Positions 12,038-25,586 of a stretch of DNA of 64,000 nucleotides are shown here, piece after piece. The position numbers and the translations under genes are program-made. The notes under the pieces were generated by a model. It searched no databases. It was not told the origin of the DNA and worked only from the letters and a program-made list of their open reading frames with translations. Source of the stretch: Klebsormidium nitens (Eukaryota; Plantae; Klebsormidiophyceae); NCBI GenBank assembly GCA_000708835.1, contig DF237021.1:175624-239623 (forward strand), written 5' to 3'. Within the stretch, counting starts at the first letter, position 1. Every line of letters starts with the position of its first letter.

Positions 12038-13355
12038 CTTTTCAGCTGGAAACAAGATCCGACTTGCTAAGGCATCGCTGTCGCTCGTTGCAGAAACCAG
12101 GAATGAGCGGCCAGTCTAAGATCAATCCCAAACATAAAAGGCAAGAGACTACTCCGATGGCTGCTGCGTTATCCTAGAGCAGGATACTACGGTAGACCTT
12201 GTGCGAGGAAGAGCGTGCTTGGCGCCCCAGGTTGAAGAGTTTGGGCCGTGTCTGCAATGCACTCCTGCAGCTCACCGCTAGGCCACCATTGCTCTGCCCT
12301 TCGTACCTAACTTGTATGCATAGTGTGAATGGACCTCTCATGAATGCTGACTGTACCATCGCTCTGCAGAGGATGCCCGGGACATCATTGCCTGGGGACA
12401 ATGTATATGATGATATATCCCGACCTCAGTGGATTCCCCGGGAGGTTTTGAAGCATTCACCCGAGGAGAATGCTTTAGGTTGAAGCTGTATTCACACCCT
12501 TTCATCCAATGAGGCCCGAGGTCAATCCCGATGCCTTTGCGGGCGCCACGTGTACCAGAACAATTCGCCACGGGTTTTCACGCGCGCGGGTAGTAGTTTC
12601 ACTTGCCAGAGCCGGCGGCCTTGCTCGCAGTCGATGAATCTACAGTAGCGACCGTAGTCTGGACAATGATTTATGCAGATTTATGCAATGGCTGCTTGAT
12701 CATTTTTGAAAAGTGAGTATTAAGAGGGCCGGAAGTAGGGCGGTTGACTCGTCAAGAAAGGGAGTCAAAGTAAAGCAGACGCATCAAAAGGGGCCAGTGG
12801 CAGAAGTATCTGCAATGAGATTGCAGAATCTCGTCAGATGATTGCGATCGCTCTTCGTCTCTCCTGATCCATCATCCCCTTCTGAATGGTCCATTTGCTT
12901 TCTTTTGGGCAGGTATGGAAGTGCCCCTTGCATCCCCTGAGCCAAAATAAGTCAGGCTACATATCAGGTCAATCTTTCATATCAGCACACGGGCAGGCAT
13001 ACTCTTGTGAAATTCTCGTGCTGGCAGCAATCTGCCTGTGATCTGCATTGTAGGCGCTTGAAAGTGAGGTCCAGTAGCGGTCCCCTTGCAAGAAGCAACA
13101 GAGAGAAGGGAGTGGGGCCACAATGTCTCAAGCAGCCCGAGTAAGGATTCATGAAATGCTGTCAGCATTGCTTCCTGCGTGAGTTTACTGGTTGTGCGGA
13201 CTTTCAGGGCCACTGCATTCTGTAGCCATTTGAAAATTCCCCTGGTAATTCTTCAAGTAGGGGTTTTTCTTAAGAGCTTTTCTTAGATATTTTTCTACTG
13301 CCTTCTATTTGGACCGGCAGCATAAGTTTTGCTACTCAGTTTTCTAACAAGCTGA

Positions 13356-15525
13356 ATGACTTTTCAATGTTCACAGTGGATATCTTCTGACTTTCTGCAG
13401 GAACGCTTCGCCAAGAAGAGCGAGGCGGATGACTTGCGGAGGGCATTTGATAAACTTGATTCCAAAGGTGATGGGAAGATAGATGCAGACGAGATTGCTG
13501 CAATGTTCAACAAGCTCGGACACAAGGCAAAACGGGTAAGCGAGCAAAAGTGGAGGTGCAAGCCGCCTGAGCCCAGCAAGGATGCCATGTTATATTCGTA
13601 GCTCTGCTGTAAGGATCAAGAGAGTCAGGCCTTGTGACCTTAGAACACAAGGGCCACCCATGGCAATTGCTTGTGATTCGACGCACTGACGTATTAGCAA
13701 TTTGTAAAGTTCCCCAAGCCACGAGCGTGTTTGGTAATTTTTACCATACCAGAAGAGCTCGGGAAGCATATCTGGAGGACAGAACATTGACTTTTGACTT
13801 GCGGAGAAAGTTTTTCAGGCTTGCATCTTGATTGAAACCTTTTCTTGAGACCGACAGCAAGAAAGCTTCAATCCAACAATGGATCCAAATCAGTATATTC
13901 TGTCAGAGAAACAGCAACAAACTGGCATGGTCAGGTGAGCTGATGGCTTGTTAGGTTGTGACGGAATCAAGTCTGCATTACTCAAAGAGCAAACTTTTGC
14001 AGGCGGAAATCGACGATATGATTTGGGAGGTGGACGAGGACTGTGATAAGGCGGTAAAGTGGCCAGAGTTCCAGCAGATGTATCATAGATGCCGGCACGA
14101 TAAGACAGGTAAGCTTTGCTGTTGACTTGGTTGTGAGAGATTACAAAACGCAGCCCTTGAGGAACTTTTCCTTTTTCTGTGACGTGCAGAAGCTGGCTTG
14201 CCATCGTAGCCAGACCTCGAAGCGTCATGCCAAACCTGCGTAGGAAGGATCGTTGCTGAAACTTTGTAAGAGAGACCTTGAAACATCCAGGATAGAGGAG
14301 AGCTATAAAAGGTCAATCTCAAAGATTCAGACTGGTCTTCCGCAGGATACGAGCCTCGACGACTATACAACATCGTGGAATTCATGATGAACGACAAGGA
14401 CGACAGCGGAACAGTATCGGCTGAGGAGGCGATGCAGATTTTGTACATGAGGTTCGGGAGGACGCTTCTCGACTCGGTAAGCAGCTTTCTGGGTCTGATT
14501 TGAAGACTTGGGTTTCGAAAGTTTGACTGTGACCAGCGGATTCGCACGAAGCCTCTCAAAGTTCATGTGCCGATCGGTCAGGAATTTCAGCATTCACGAG
14601 GACGAAGTTACTCATGTGTAGTACAGTAGCTTATAGTTTCTATAAAACGTCATTTGGACGAGCGAAACTTCGAGCTTTTTGCATAGCACGGGGGGTGGAA
14701 CAGAGAAAGACATGAGACAAACTATTGGGACAAAGGGTTTGTCAGACCGACATTTTGCAAAGATTTCTCCTCTGCCATTTGCAAAGCGGAGTTCGAACTG
14801 TCTGCCTTCTCATTCTGCCAACGGATCGATGTAGAGATTGTCGAAGCCTGAAAACCTTCGCATCTAGGATGCGTAGAATGAGCGCCGGTTAAGGAACCCT
14901 CTCCGCTCCTCCGGCAACGAGGAGAAAGTTTCCTAAGTTCTGAAACGGGACAGCGAGTTTCTTAATCTGCTGGCGAAGATTCTCCGGGTTGTCTGTTGGC
15001 CAGTCTTTTGAAGCCGAATAGCTTCTACGGATGGCATTTCGAAGTGGCTGACTTTTGAGGGGGGGCAAAAAATCCACACGATGAAGAGAAAACGGGAACT
15101 AACAAACGAACCGCTTACCAGCGAGCTTCCGTGACGGGAATCCGACCACTTATCATATAATATCGCGGCTTCTATGGATTGGTCCGAAAGGGACGCCCGT
15201 CAACAAGTCGAACTTTACAGCCTTCCAACCAGGCCTCGAAGAATCTCATCCAATATGATGACAACCTTGCGATCATTCTCCTCTCCTTCGCCTGACCTCT
15301 TCGCTTGTTGTTGTCAACTTTCAGCAACTCGAGGAGATATTTGGACACTCGGACACGAATGCGCTCAAGGATCTGACGCTTACGGAGTTTCTGCACAGCC
15401 TCAACATGTCGCAGATAAAGCAGCTAAGGTCGAAAGTGACCGCCAAAACGTACAAGCCGCCTCCAGTGCACACGAAGAAGGTCGACACCTCTAAACGGCA
15501 GGGCCTTACTTTGATGATGTCATAA
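13356..15525 (+). CDS. Calmodulin-like EF-hand Ca2+-binding protein (possibly related to flagellar outer-dynein-arm docking subunit DC3)
   Basis: Exons 13401 (or 13356/13378)..13535, 14003..14108, 14346..14476 and 15325..15525 have matching phases. EF loops include DSKGDGKIDADE, DEDCDKAVKWPE and DKDDSGTVSAEE, and the linker is GYEPRRLYNIVEF. The true start codon is unresolved. The DC3 resemblance is from memory and unverified. Confidence 0.85.
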
Positions 15526-17365
15526 TCCCGTATGAGGCCCCTGTAGGGGATCAGGTTGAATCGTACAGTCAAAAGCTAGGTGGAGTACTTTCAGAAAACG
15601 GTGGTGCATTGCGTAGGCAGCAACATGAAAGCTGAGTCGTAGATCCCCGGCATGCAGCTTTGGAGCATAACGACTAGCCACGAGTAGAAGGAGCTCGCTT
15701 TGTGTCGGATGGAGGAATTTGATGCACGCAGATTGTTCAGATAAAACGGGTGCATATGCTACCCTTCCCCTACCTGGTGAATTGACACGTAGCATGCCCC
15801 TAGCTGCATGTATAGAGCTGCGGTTGCCCCCGCTCAGGGCAAGACTGGTTGTTAGTCGTTGTGACCAACGGCATAAAAAAGACGTTTCCTCCGAACCATC
15901 CGCGTTTGTACATGTCGTCGTTGATCACCTGGGTGAACCAACCAGGACGAAGCAACCTCCCTGCGGCCCTCAATTGCAATGATTGCAAGAAGAGAGAATC
16001 TGGTGGCGTCACAATATAATGATAGAAGTTGAACTAATGACCACCGACTTAAAAGAATCTTCGCTACCGCCATGCAGCTTTAGTGCTTTACTCAGTTACT
16101 GATCGACTGCAACGTCTATCCAGCTACTGTGTTACGATCACTGTAGTCGGGACTGTAGTAAGATGCTTGTCGGAGCTGATTGGTAGACGACAAGCACATC
16201 AAATCTGGCCGCACGTGGCACAACTTTTCGGACGGTAATGTATGCGGCAATGTTTTACCAAGCTTAGCTTGAATGACCAGATCGATCGGATATCGGCAAC
16301 GTACATTACAATAGATCATCATCCATTCATGTTTCAATATTGCCCCCATGAGCTGTTCGGCCCCTTCGAAGTCACGTGGCCTTTGTGCATGTGGCCGATC
16401 TGTGCGCACTGTGTAGCTACTAATTTGGCCCAATCTCACTGACACGATCAAGAAAAACATGTCAACATGTAAAGTCGTTTCGAGATTACGACAAGAAATT
16501 CACAAGCGGTCACAATCATAAGTGGATTTTGGAATGGGATCTAATTCATATCTGAGAACGATTCTCGATGCAACATTCTTATTTCTCAAAGTCACTCCTA
16601 GCCCGATACGCTAAAAGTGAGGCGACAGTCGTTTTAGAATCGGTTGCACGGAGGAGGCCAAACGATGTACGAACTGAAGACCGAGACATGAACGAACTCG
16701 ACCAGATTTTCATTATGCAGCAAGAGAGTCACGCTCTTCATGACGGTGTTGGTGCGCCATACATGATATGAACGCTGAACATCCTGCTGCGTGCTTATAG
16801 TCATCAATACCGTACATATTCGTAGCTAGCTAGCTGGCTGAATGCATGAGCTTCCTTGCTGATCCATTTCGGTGAGCCGAAGTGCTGAAGAGCACTCGCT
16901 CCCCACCTGCGGCATCATTGTGCACTCGGGCCCTACTTGGGCAACGCTGCGTTGCATGCATTGAAGTCATGAAGGAGCATGCTGCCCACATGCTGCCGCA
17001 CTGATTAGGCCACCAACTTCAACGGAGATTTGCGGACGACACCTGAGACGCCTGAACCGTTCGATGGGCTAGTCGAGTCGTCTCAACGGACGCCTTTCGC
17101 GATGGGGCTGCCCGCTCGAACTCCAGCCTAGCTGGCCTCTGCCAAGTCCTTAGACTCTAGTCTGCTTGCGCGGATTGCGACCTGAGTAGGGCGCTGCGCA
17201 TGGCCCTGGCGCTTCTGGCGTTGCTTCTTGGTTTGAACAGCTGATCAGCTTTGTGTAAGGGGTGAATTGGCTGTTGCACTGGGACTGTGGAGCAACCTCA
17301 TAGCTCAGTGGCAGGTAATCTTTCGGTAGGCATTCAGCCAGAGCCTTGTCCAGCATTGATCAAGC

Positions 17366-20300
17366 ATGCCGGAGCTTCCAGAGGTCGAGGCGGCTCGCAA
17401 GCTGGCCCATGAGCACTGTGCAGGGAAGAAGATCATCAAGGTCGTCTGCGAGGACGACGAGACTGTGATCCAGGTAAGCTGTCGTTTCAAATGAAACGTC
17501 TCGGCCCGATGGTGCAAGGAATAGCGATTGGATCGATTGGTAATTCTTGCTGTGCAGGTTTTGATCAGATGTTTCAGCGTCGTTGCATCTGCTTTGGCAT
17601 GGGATTGACAGTCTTTTAATTTCTGCAATTTGCAGGCGTTACATTGTGTTCTTTTCTCAGTCTTTCAACCATGTTGTAGTTCCTTGATAGAATGATTGTG
17701 CTGCTCATACCTTTTTGGCTGGGAAAAGTGTGGCTGGTTCAAGGAAGGAGCATCTCTTCCAGTGCATGACATTCTGCGAGTTTCCGCAATCCTACAGAAT
17801 CAGTCTCCTTCCATGCATTAACGTTTTCACGGCAATTGCCCACCTTTTGAGGCTTCCTATCAGCGTTGTGTGGTGTTATATTCTGGTCCTTACAGTGACT
17901 GGTACAGAGCTTGTAATTGACTGGTTCATCTGCATTCCTATCTGATAATGAAGTGGCTGAATGCGCTGCTTTCCCTGTCCACTTCATCCTGAAATTGGCA
18001 GATCGATAAATGCAGGTTGCTGGCAGTACATGATGCACGCCTTTTCAAATGCTGTCAAGCCTTGGCTATCAAGAAAGAAGCAAGCAACCTCCGTGTTGTT
18101 TGCAATCTGCTGAAGTTCTTAAACCAGTTGTTACAAACGAGGGGAAAAGAACAAAGATCAAATCACCTGAGGATCTCATGCGGGGAAGTCTTGAGATACA
18201 CAGTTCCTTAAGTTGCTTCTGAAGCGCCAGAGATGTACATTTGCATTGCAGTTGTGGCTCTGGTTGTGTAACACTGGCTGTTCCATAGTTCACCAAAGGT
18301 TTTCTTGAAAGGGCCGGGGCCCTTCAAATTGCTTCTGGACGGCGTTCCCTTGTCCCCTCTCTGGAATGGTCTGAGTTGTTAGTTCACTTAATAAATGATT
18401 CTGCAAGGATCTGCAGGATTTGATGGGATGACTCTGCAGCTGAAGATCTGAAAGGCAGCATTCTCAACCCACTCAATTACCAGACCCCCAGATTAGACGG
18501 ACGGCCACCCGATCAGCGCATGGACTCTACACCCTCTCTTAAGACTGCTAGGGTCAATTGAAACCCGCTATTAAAGCAGGGAAGTTTTTTCAGCTGGCGG
18601 TGATGGCTTTCAAGACGATGAAGTCAGATTTTATCCAACAAACAAATCCACAAACCGGTTTTTGCAGGATGTGAAGCCTGCTGAGCTGGCGCGCGAGCTG
18701 GAGGGCCGCACCGTGAAGGCCGTCCAGCGCAAGGGCAAGTCGCTGTGGTTCGAGATGGCGGACGACGGGCCGTGGCCTTCGTTCCACTTTGGGATGACGG
18801 GGTCCTTCGCGGTACAGGGCGTCGAGAGCGTCAAGTACAAGTCGATCGGCGCGAGCGACCCTGAGCAGTGGCCGCCCCGCTTCCACAAGGTGGGTTAGGG
18901 GGAAGGAGTCTTGTTTAACCTACATTCTGATCAGAGGCTTGATATTCTGTCTGGACAGTGTGAAGGTTTGCTTAATGAGGGGGTTGAGGGAGCGGTGAGT
19001 AATGGTTCTGCTTGCATAGTGAAAGTCTGTTGAAACTATGTCTTTTTTTCGGAGAGACAATCACCCCTTAGCAATGCTTGCTGAATCTATGGACAACCTT
19101 TCAGCGGTGATGACGACTTTCGGGCTTGGCCACAGAGGTCATCCTCCCCTTTCACCTTGTCCGAAACCGCTGTTACGGGTTCACTTCACTGCCTAAAATA
19201 TGTCTGTACTAATTTATTGCACCGATTGTTTGGAATGTCTTCTGTCGTGGTGCCCAGCTTTGAACATTACTGAGATTTTCAATACTCCGTAGACGCCTCA
19301 GATAAGTGGCTCTTCAGCCCATGACGTTTGCCTTGATTCTGCTCGCTAATTGTGACTCGATAAACCTTTCCAATGAACGGCCTTCATTTACTTTTCTTCA
19401 TGTCAGTTTCGTGTTCAAAGTGCTGCTAAGTTTCACTGGGATGAATACTTTGTACCTTGTTTGTCCCTTTAGAAGCAACTGCGGAGATCGGACTGCTCTC
19501 AACTGCGCCCTAAGTTGTGGGACCTTCCACTCCTTTGTTCCTTCCTTCCCAAGAGGAATTTGCCATAATAGCAGAACGAGTTTCAGCGCCAAACCCATCA
19601 AGCCCTCTACCTGCTGATCCAATGCCACATGGGAGTGGACAACCATCTGGAATATTGGGCTTTCTTAGAGATTGGGCACTGACAAAACGGCAGTGCGACA
19701 TCCGCCTTTCTATAAGCTTGCTCGCTATGCCCGCGTCTCCTGCTAGGCAGCTCTGAAGACCCCAATGCAGCTTCAGTGTTTATGCCGCTGCTTCTGTTGG
19801 GATTCCTTCGGTTTCTTCTGAGATCGAGATGATGTGCTCTTTCGCTTCCCCTTGCTTGTACCTTGGCAGGCATCTGAGTCCTTGCGGCCCCTGTCAGCAA
19901 TTATCCTACAACTTGCTTTAGCTGCCATGTCCTTATGTAAAAGCTTTGTAACTCGCTGTCTGTATCTGTATGTTTTTGGAAGTTTGCCAGTTCCAGATTG
20001 TGTCTCCGAAAATCCATGGACGATCTGGGCCATCAGAATATCCAGCATAGCCCAAGCGAAGCCGTTTTGTACTTTCTAAGTACTGACTGCACAAATTGAT
20101 ACTTTTGTTGACACAAGCGGCTTTTGTGAGCAAAAAGCTTTGCAATAATGGTTCTGCGAATGCTTGGTAACACGGACAGTTTGGCCAACATGCAGAGTGT
20201 TTCGCATCGGAGCCAACTGATTGCATGGCGTCAATTCCTTGATTGTTTTCTTGTTTTCACATTTCAGATAAAGTCCGATTGAGGAAGAGGTTGAGTATTG

Positions 20301-23300
20301 GCTTCTACTTTAGAATCGTTGTCTCAAGAACCCCGGGTTTGCATCCTGCGAGCGGACCTCGGGGACCCCTTTCGAAAGCTGACCGCTGTGTTCTTGAGCT
20401 CTTGCTCTATGCTGCTCCTCATTTTTCCATCTCTATATTTTGAGTTAACAAAAGCTGCCGCGCTCGTCAGGGTAATGAATATTGAATCTTGTGTGGCTGG
20501 ACGCCAGTAGGAGTATGGCCATACATCAGATGCCCTGTAAGGATTTGGTTCTTCATGCAGGCTGACTGAGCCATGCTCTTGCAACGTGGTCCGTCGTTGT
20601 ACTTGTTCTGGGGCTTTTCAAATCCTTTCCCGCCTCCAAAGCCTTTAGGTACATAATTCCTCGTTTGCTATCGTCAAGGACGGTGGCTTACGTTAGACGG
20701 ACTACAGTGTGTCGTCGTTTTTAGCTTGTCCCTTTTCGCAACGTATTCCATCTCATTGAATTTCTCTCATTGAGTCCGGAGGTCCATCCTGTGTCCATCT
20801 CAACATGACTCACGGAGGTTGGCCATTCGACTCGACTCAGATCAAGGCTAGCCTGCTAACTGAGCTCGTAACCAAGACAATCCTGGCTATTGTTCCTTGA
20901 AGAATCAAGGTCTTCGAATTTTAGGAGACCCTCAATTGTACTCGCAGGTTGCTTCGAGAACAACAACAGGATAGGGAACTGCCTATCAATACCTGGTTGG
21001 CCAAACCGTGCCCGGTGCCATTGACCACGTTTTGATGGACTTTTATACTAGTAGATAATCAAGCACATTCCGGGTCATCTCGGAGCTGTCGGTGTCAAAT
21101 CTGGATGAGCACAGAGCAGTAAGTCGGGTCCATAGGCTTACCTCGGATGTCTTCTCTTAGTTTTCACGATGACCAAGGGCATCCGATGAGCAGCCAAGTT
21201 TCTTCTGGATGTTGAGAGGCCTGATGCCAGTTGAAGTCGTGCAGCTTTTGTTTGTACACTTGTCCCTCTTCTGGTGGCAGCAAATCTTCCAGGGGGCTTC
21301 TCAGGTCTGAGCAAGAGAGTGGTTGCCACCTCCCTTTCCACGGACTCTCAAGCACGGGGCGCATTTCGGACCTGGCCTTGTTTTCCTCGTGCTTCAAAGT
21401 CTCCTTTTTTACGCGGCTATACTAGCCTGTTCCAGAGCCCTCTCAAAGCTCCACCCAATACGGTTCTGACACGTGTCACTTCCCCTTCACCCCCGGGCAG
21501 GTGGTCATCTCCTTCGAGGGCGGCGTCGAGCTGGCCTTCTGCGACGCGCGACGCTTCGCGCGCGTGCGCTACCTCGATGACGTCACCCTCCAGTCGCCCA
21601 TCGCCGACCTCGGCTTCGACGCGCTCACCGAGCTCCCCGCCCCGGGGCCGTTTCACACCGCGCTCACGAAGCGCCGCGCCGCAGTGAAAGCGGTGTTGCT
21701 GGACCAGGGCTTTCTGGCGGGCATCGGGAACTGGGTCGCGGACGAGGTTCTGTACCACGCGAGGGTGCACCCGGAGAGTCTCGCGGCGGAGCTGGACGAG
21801 GAGGCGAGCGGGCGGCTGCGCGAGAGCATCAAGATGGTGAGTTGGCGTTGAGGATCTGGTGATGTTGGACTTGATCATATTTAGTTTTGTGAGTCAAGTC
21901 GAGGTCTTGGTTTTGGGTGACAACCTTTGTGTTCTTTCTAGCGGAAGCTGGTCGGTTGAGTGGTTGACTCGTTCAACTATTGAAAGTGGACGTGCCTGTT
22001 CAAAATTTCAGCAGCTGCCTTTTGGTTCGTTCCGAACATACAAAATGTGTCGAGGAGTGGGGCCCTTCTTGTCATCAGCTTTTAGTCAATCTGCAATGCA
22101 GCAAAGAACTCCTGGATGCGCCCTACTTTTTTGGGTCTCTATGCAGATTTGGAGTCCGCTCTTGTCTATGGAGCAGAGATTCTGCCGAGTCTTCTGACCA
22201 CGTTGATCATTCGCAGGTGCTCGAGACGGCGGTCGCGGCCAATGCTGTGAGCGACAAGTACCCCTCCGACTGGCTGTTCCACCACCGGTGGGACGTGCGC
22301 GGGTCCAAGAAGGAAGCGCCCAGCATCAATGGTGAGCCGGTCCCGAGTCTGCTCGACCGGTTAATAGTTTGCTGGTTGGACTTGACCTACTTTCCTTCTG
22401 TGTCAGCTTTCGACAGTGCTGTGTCTTAGGAGGTACTGTGACCCGATTACAAAGTGGAGCCTGGTGGAAAGAAGGTACTCGAATTGCCCATTGTTCCATC
22501 TATTTCAATGGTCCAAAAAGGAAGCGCCCAGCATCAATGGCGAGCCACACGCTGAACTTGATCAACCAGCTGCTTCTTTTACCAGCCTACTTTTCTTTTC
22601 GTCACTTCGTTCCTCTCTCTCGTGTGTCTTATAAGGCCCTGACGGAATCGTGCAGTAGGACAAAGCAAAGTGGAACCGACTTCTACTTGCTGGGTGCATC
22701 GTCATTTTTGTGATCTGTCTATGGGTGCTGGTGTTGTACTCTCGTTTCAGCGAGACCCGAGTGGACTGGCTTTACTCACTCAACGGAAGGCTCTTTGAGT
22801 CGGCAATGAAGCACGCTTTTGGGACATGAAGTCCCAGCCATTGACGTTGAGCCAACGGCGATGTCCACTCCATTCGACCTCCATGCCTTTCTCAAACTGA
22901 TTAAGAAGCGCAAAAGATTGTGACATCGCGTTCCGGCTTACCACGGGGTACAAGGAGAGGGCATTGTCACATATGCGTGGAATAGTCCGTTGTTTTTGCA
23001 CCAACTATTTCCTGCGAAGTTAATGGCTCCCTCGTCAGCTTCACGTCAAGCGTTTCACCAGATCCGTCGGCAATGTCCTTGTTGGGGTTGCTGGCTGCCT
23101 TGAGGCACGACAATGAGCCTCAACCTCCTCTCGTGCACTTAGGAATCAATGCTGAATGAATTCGGACCATCTTTGAAACCTAACAGCACGAAAGCTAGTC
23201 ACTCGAACGATTGTCCAGACCATAAGAAAGCATGCATGACTTTTGGAATCACTACTGTGGCGCTCGTTGCTTTGAGGCATCCCACTCGACCCAGATTTGT

Positions 23301-25586
23301 TATTCGCTTCCAGAGGCACGTAACCATCCCTGCAGAGGGGCTGAAAACCTGCGTTGGCATTGATGACGACTTGGGACGTTCCGTCTCAGTACTCTATGCC
23401 TACTTCCTGGAGCCGACGGGTTGATGGTTGCGATTCTAAGGGCGTGGCTTCTGTTTACTGCTTTTGCCTGCGGTCTCCTGACGAACATATATCTGGGCTG
23501 TGCTACTTTTCTACATATTCGCTTGCTGTTTCTTGGCCCGTCGCATTGAAAGGTTGCGTTTCAAAGTGAGCATCCTCGGAAATGACTTATCGAAATTTAT
23601 GGGCTGAGATTGCGGGCACCAACGGTTCACATCTATAGCCTGATGTTCTCAAAGAGCACTGATTGATTTCTAACCAATCATACGTTCCCTGATCATGCAG
23701 GACACGCCGTGGCTTTCTTGAAGGTTGGCGGCCGGGTAAGGCTCAAGTAACACCTTCCAGTCTGGATGTCCACGTTCTTTGTCATAGGCGTCTGTTGGGC
23801 ATTCAGTTTGGGCACCTGTCTTCAGCGCTTAAAGGCCGTCTTACCACTCGTAGCCCATCGAAAAACCGGCTGCCCTTCAGTGCACTTCGTATGAAGTTGT
23901 TCTCTTGATTAGTCTCAGGGCTTTTCCATTTCATATTGTCCTGTGTTGCCCTTCTCGGATGTGCACTTCAGCCACAGATGGAGGCGCAAGCGATCTGATC
24001 TGGACACTCAACCGAGTCAGGCTGACTTACCATTGTGCAGAGCAGAAGCTATCTGGTTGGAAAGAGGAAAGATGTTCCCCAGCGTGAAGACTAATACACT
24101 TGCCGAATGCTGCTCGTTATCATTATGAGACCTCCCCTTTTCAAAAGCAGCGCCTCTCGTTTTACATTCGCTCTTGGATATCCTCTGCGTGCCCGCAGAC
24201 TCGGATCTGTGGGGGCCCTCAGATTGCAACCAAAGCTTCAAAGTCTTCAAGACTTCCTCTGCTGGTCGTACTGACTCTCCTCTCCCGCAAACAATGAGCT
24301 AGGGTCCTAGATTCTTCTGCATTGGTTGAATCCGGAAGCCCTTTTGAAGAAATGAGGCGTTCTAGACTTGTGGTCTTCTCCCACCAGACTTTCCTGTTGA
24401 AAACGGAAAACTGAGGGTCTCCACAGTCTTGGTTCTCCCTGCGAACACACAAGCGGGGTTGTCTAAACTCGTGTCCGTCTTTCTCCAGACGTCAGCGTAC
24501 CTGCCGGACCTCCAGAAGCGCGTCGGCGGCAGCGGCGCGGCTAAGCCCAAGCGGAAGTCCAAGGCCAAAGCGGCAAAGGACGCGGACTCGGACGAAGACG
24601 AAGAAGTCGAAGAGCCCACCCCGGCAGAGAGCAGCAAAGCCGGCGGACGGCGAGGGGGTGCCGGCAGGGGCAAAAAGAGGGGGGGTGCGGAGGAAGATGC
24701 GGCGGGGGTGGCGGAGGAGGAGGTAACTAAAGCGGAGGAAAAGCCGAAAGCTGGTGGAAGAGCGAAGGGGAGAGCCGCGAAGAAAGAAGAAGCGGTGGCT
24801 GAGGTCGAGGAACCGGCTCCGGAAACGGCAGAGGGGGGGGTGGAGATGGGGGAGATTGAGGGGGGGGAAATGGAGGGGATGGAAGCCCAGGGGGGAAGGA
24901 AGAGGAAGGGAAAGGCAGAGGCGGTCGTGGAGAAAGAAGCAGCCCCCGTGAAAAGGGGCAAGAAAGAGAAGGTCGAAGAAGCGGCGGCGAGCGTTGCGGA
25001 AGAGGCTCCGGCAGAAACAGGTCGGAAGAAACCGGGGGCACGAGAGGAGCCGGTTGAAAAAGAGGCGCCGGCAAAGAGAGGGCGCGCTAGGAAGGGGGCG
25101 GCGGGTGCAGGTAAGGCCGACGAGGGGGCTGGAGTTGAGTTGAAGGGGACAGTTGAAGATGAAGAGAAAGGGACGGCAGGAAAGGAGGAGGCAGTTGAAA
25201 AGGAAGAGACGGCAGAAGAGAAGGAGACGGTTGGAGAGGAGACGGTAGGAACAGAAGAGACCGTAGCGAAGGAAAAGAAGGCGGAAGAAAAGGAGGGGCC
25301 GTCAGAACCGGCCGTCGAAGTTGAGGCTCCGGCCGAAGAACCCGGTCCGAACGAAGAGACGAAGGAAGCAGTAGGAAACGGGAAAGGGAAGGATGAGGAA
25401 CCGGGGACTGGGCAGGCCGCTGTAGAAAGCACTAAAGAAACGGAGGGGCAAGCGGGAGAGAAGAACGGGCGCGATGAGAAGGAAAAGGTTGCTGGTGCGA
25501 AACGAGGGAGGGGGCAAAAGGCCCGGGGCGGGGCAGGAGAAGTTAGGGAGGCGGCACCGACGAGGAAGTCGTCGAGGAGAAAGTAA
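17366..25586 (+). CDS. FPG1: Formamidopyrimidine-DNA glycosylase (Fpg/MutM, plant FPG1 type) with ~350-aa low-complexity charged C-terminal tail (6 exons)
   Basis: Exons join(17366..17473, 18668..18889, 21501..21836, 22217..22331, 23701..23735, 24489..25586) are all GT-AG and in phase (~637 aa). The protein has the catalytic N-terminus MPELPEVE, RKGK, HFGMTG, the H2TH motif LLDQGFLAGIGNWVADEVLYHARVHP, and the plant-type zincless finger WLFHHRW...KVGGRTSAYLPDLQK. Confidence 0.96.
22510..22546 (+). repeat. Intronic duplicate of the FPG exon-4 3' end and donor site
   Basis: ggtccaaaaaggaagcgcccagcatcaatggcgagcc (22510-22546) versus ggtccaagaaggaagcgcccagcatcaatggtgagcc (22302-22338). They differ at 2 of 37 nt, and the donor changes from GT to GC. 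Confidence 0.85.

Noticed and set aside
18590-21878. Minus-strand ORFs 18590-18886, 18631-18888 and 21417-21878
   Set aside because: They are antisense shadows of the GC-rich FPG exons.
24362-25432. 356-aa Ser/Pro/Phe-rich minus-strand ORF
   Set aside because: It is the antisense shadow of the purine-rich, low-complexity FPG last exon.
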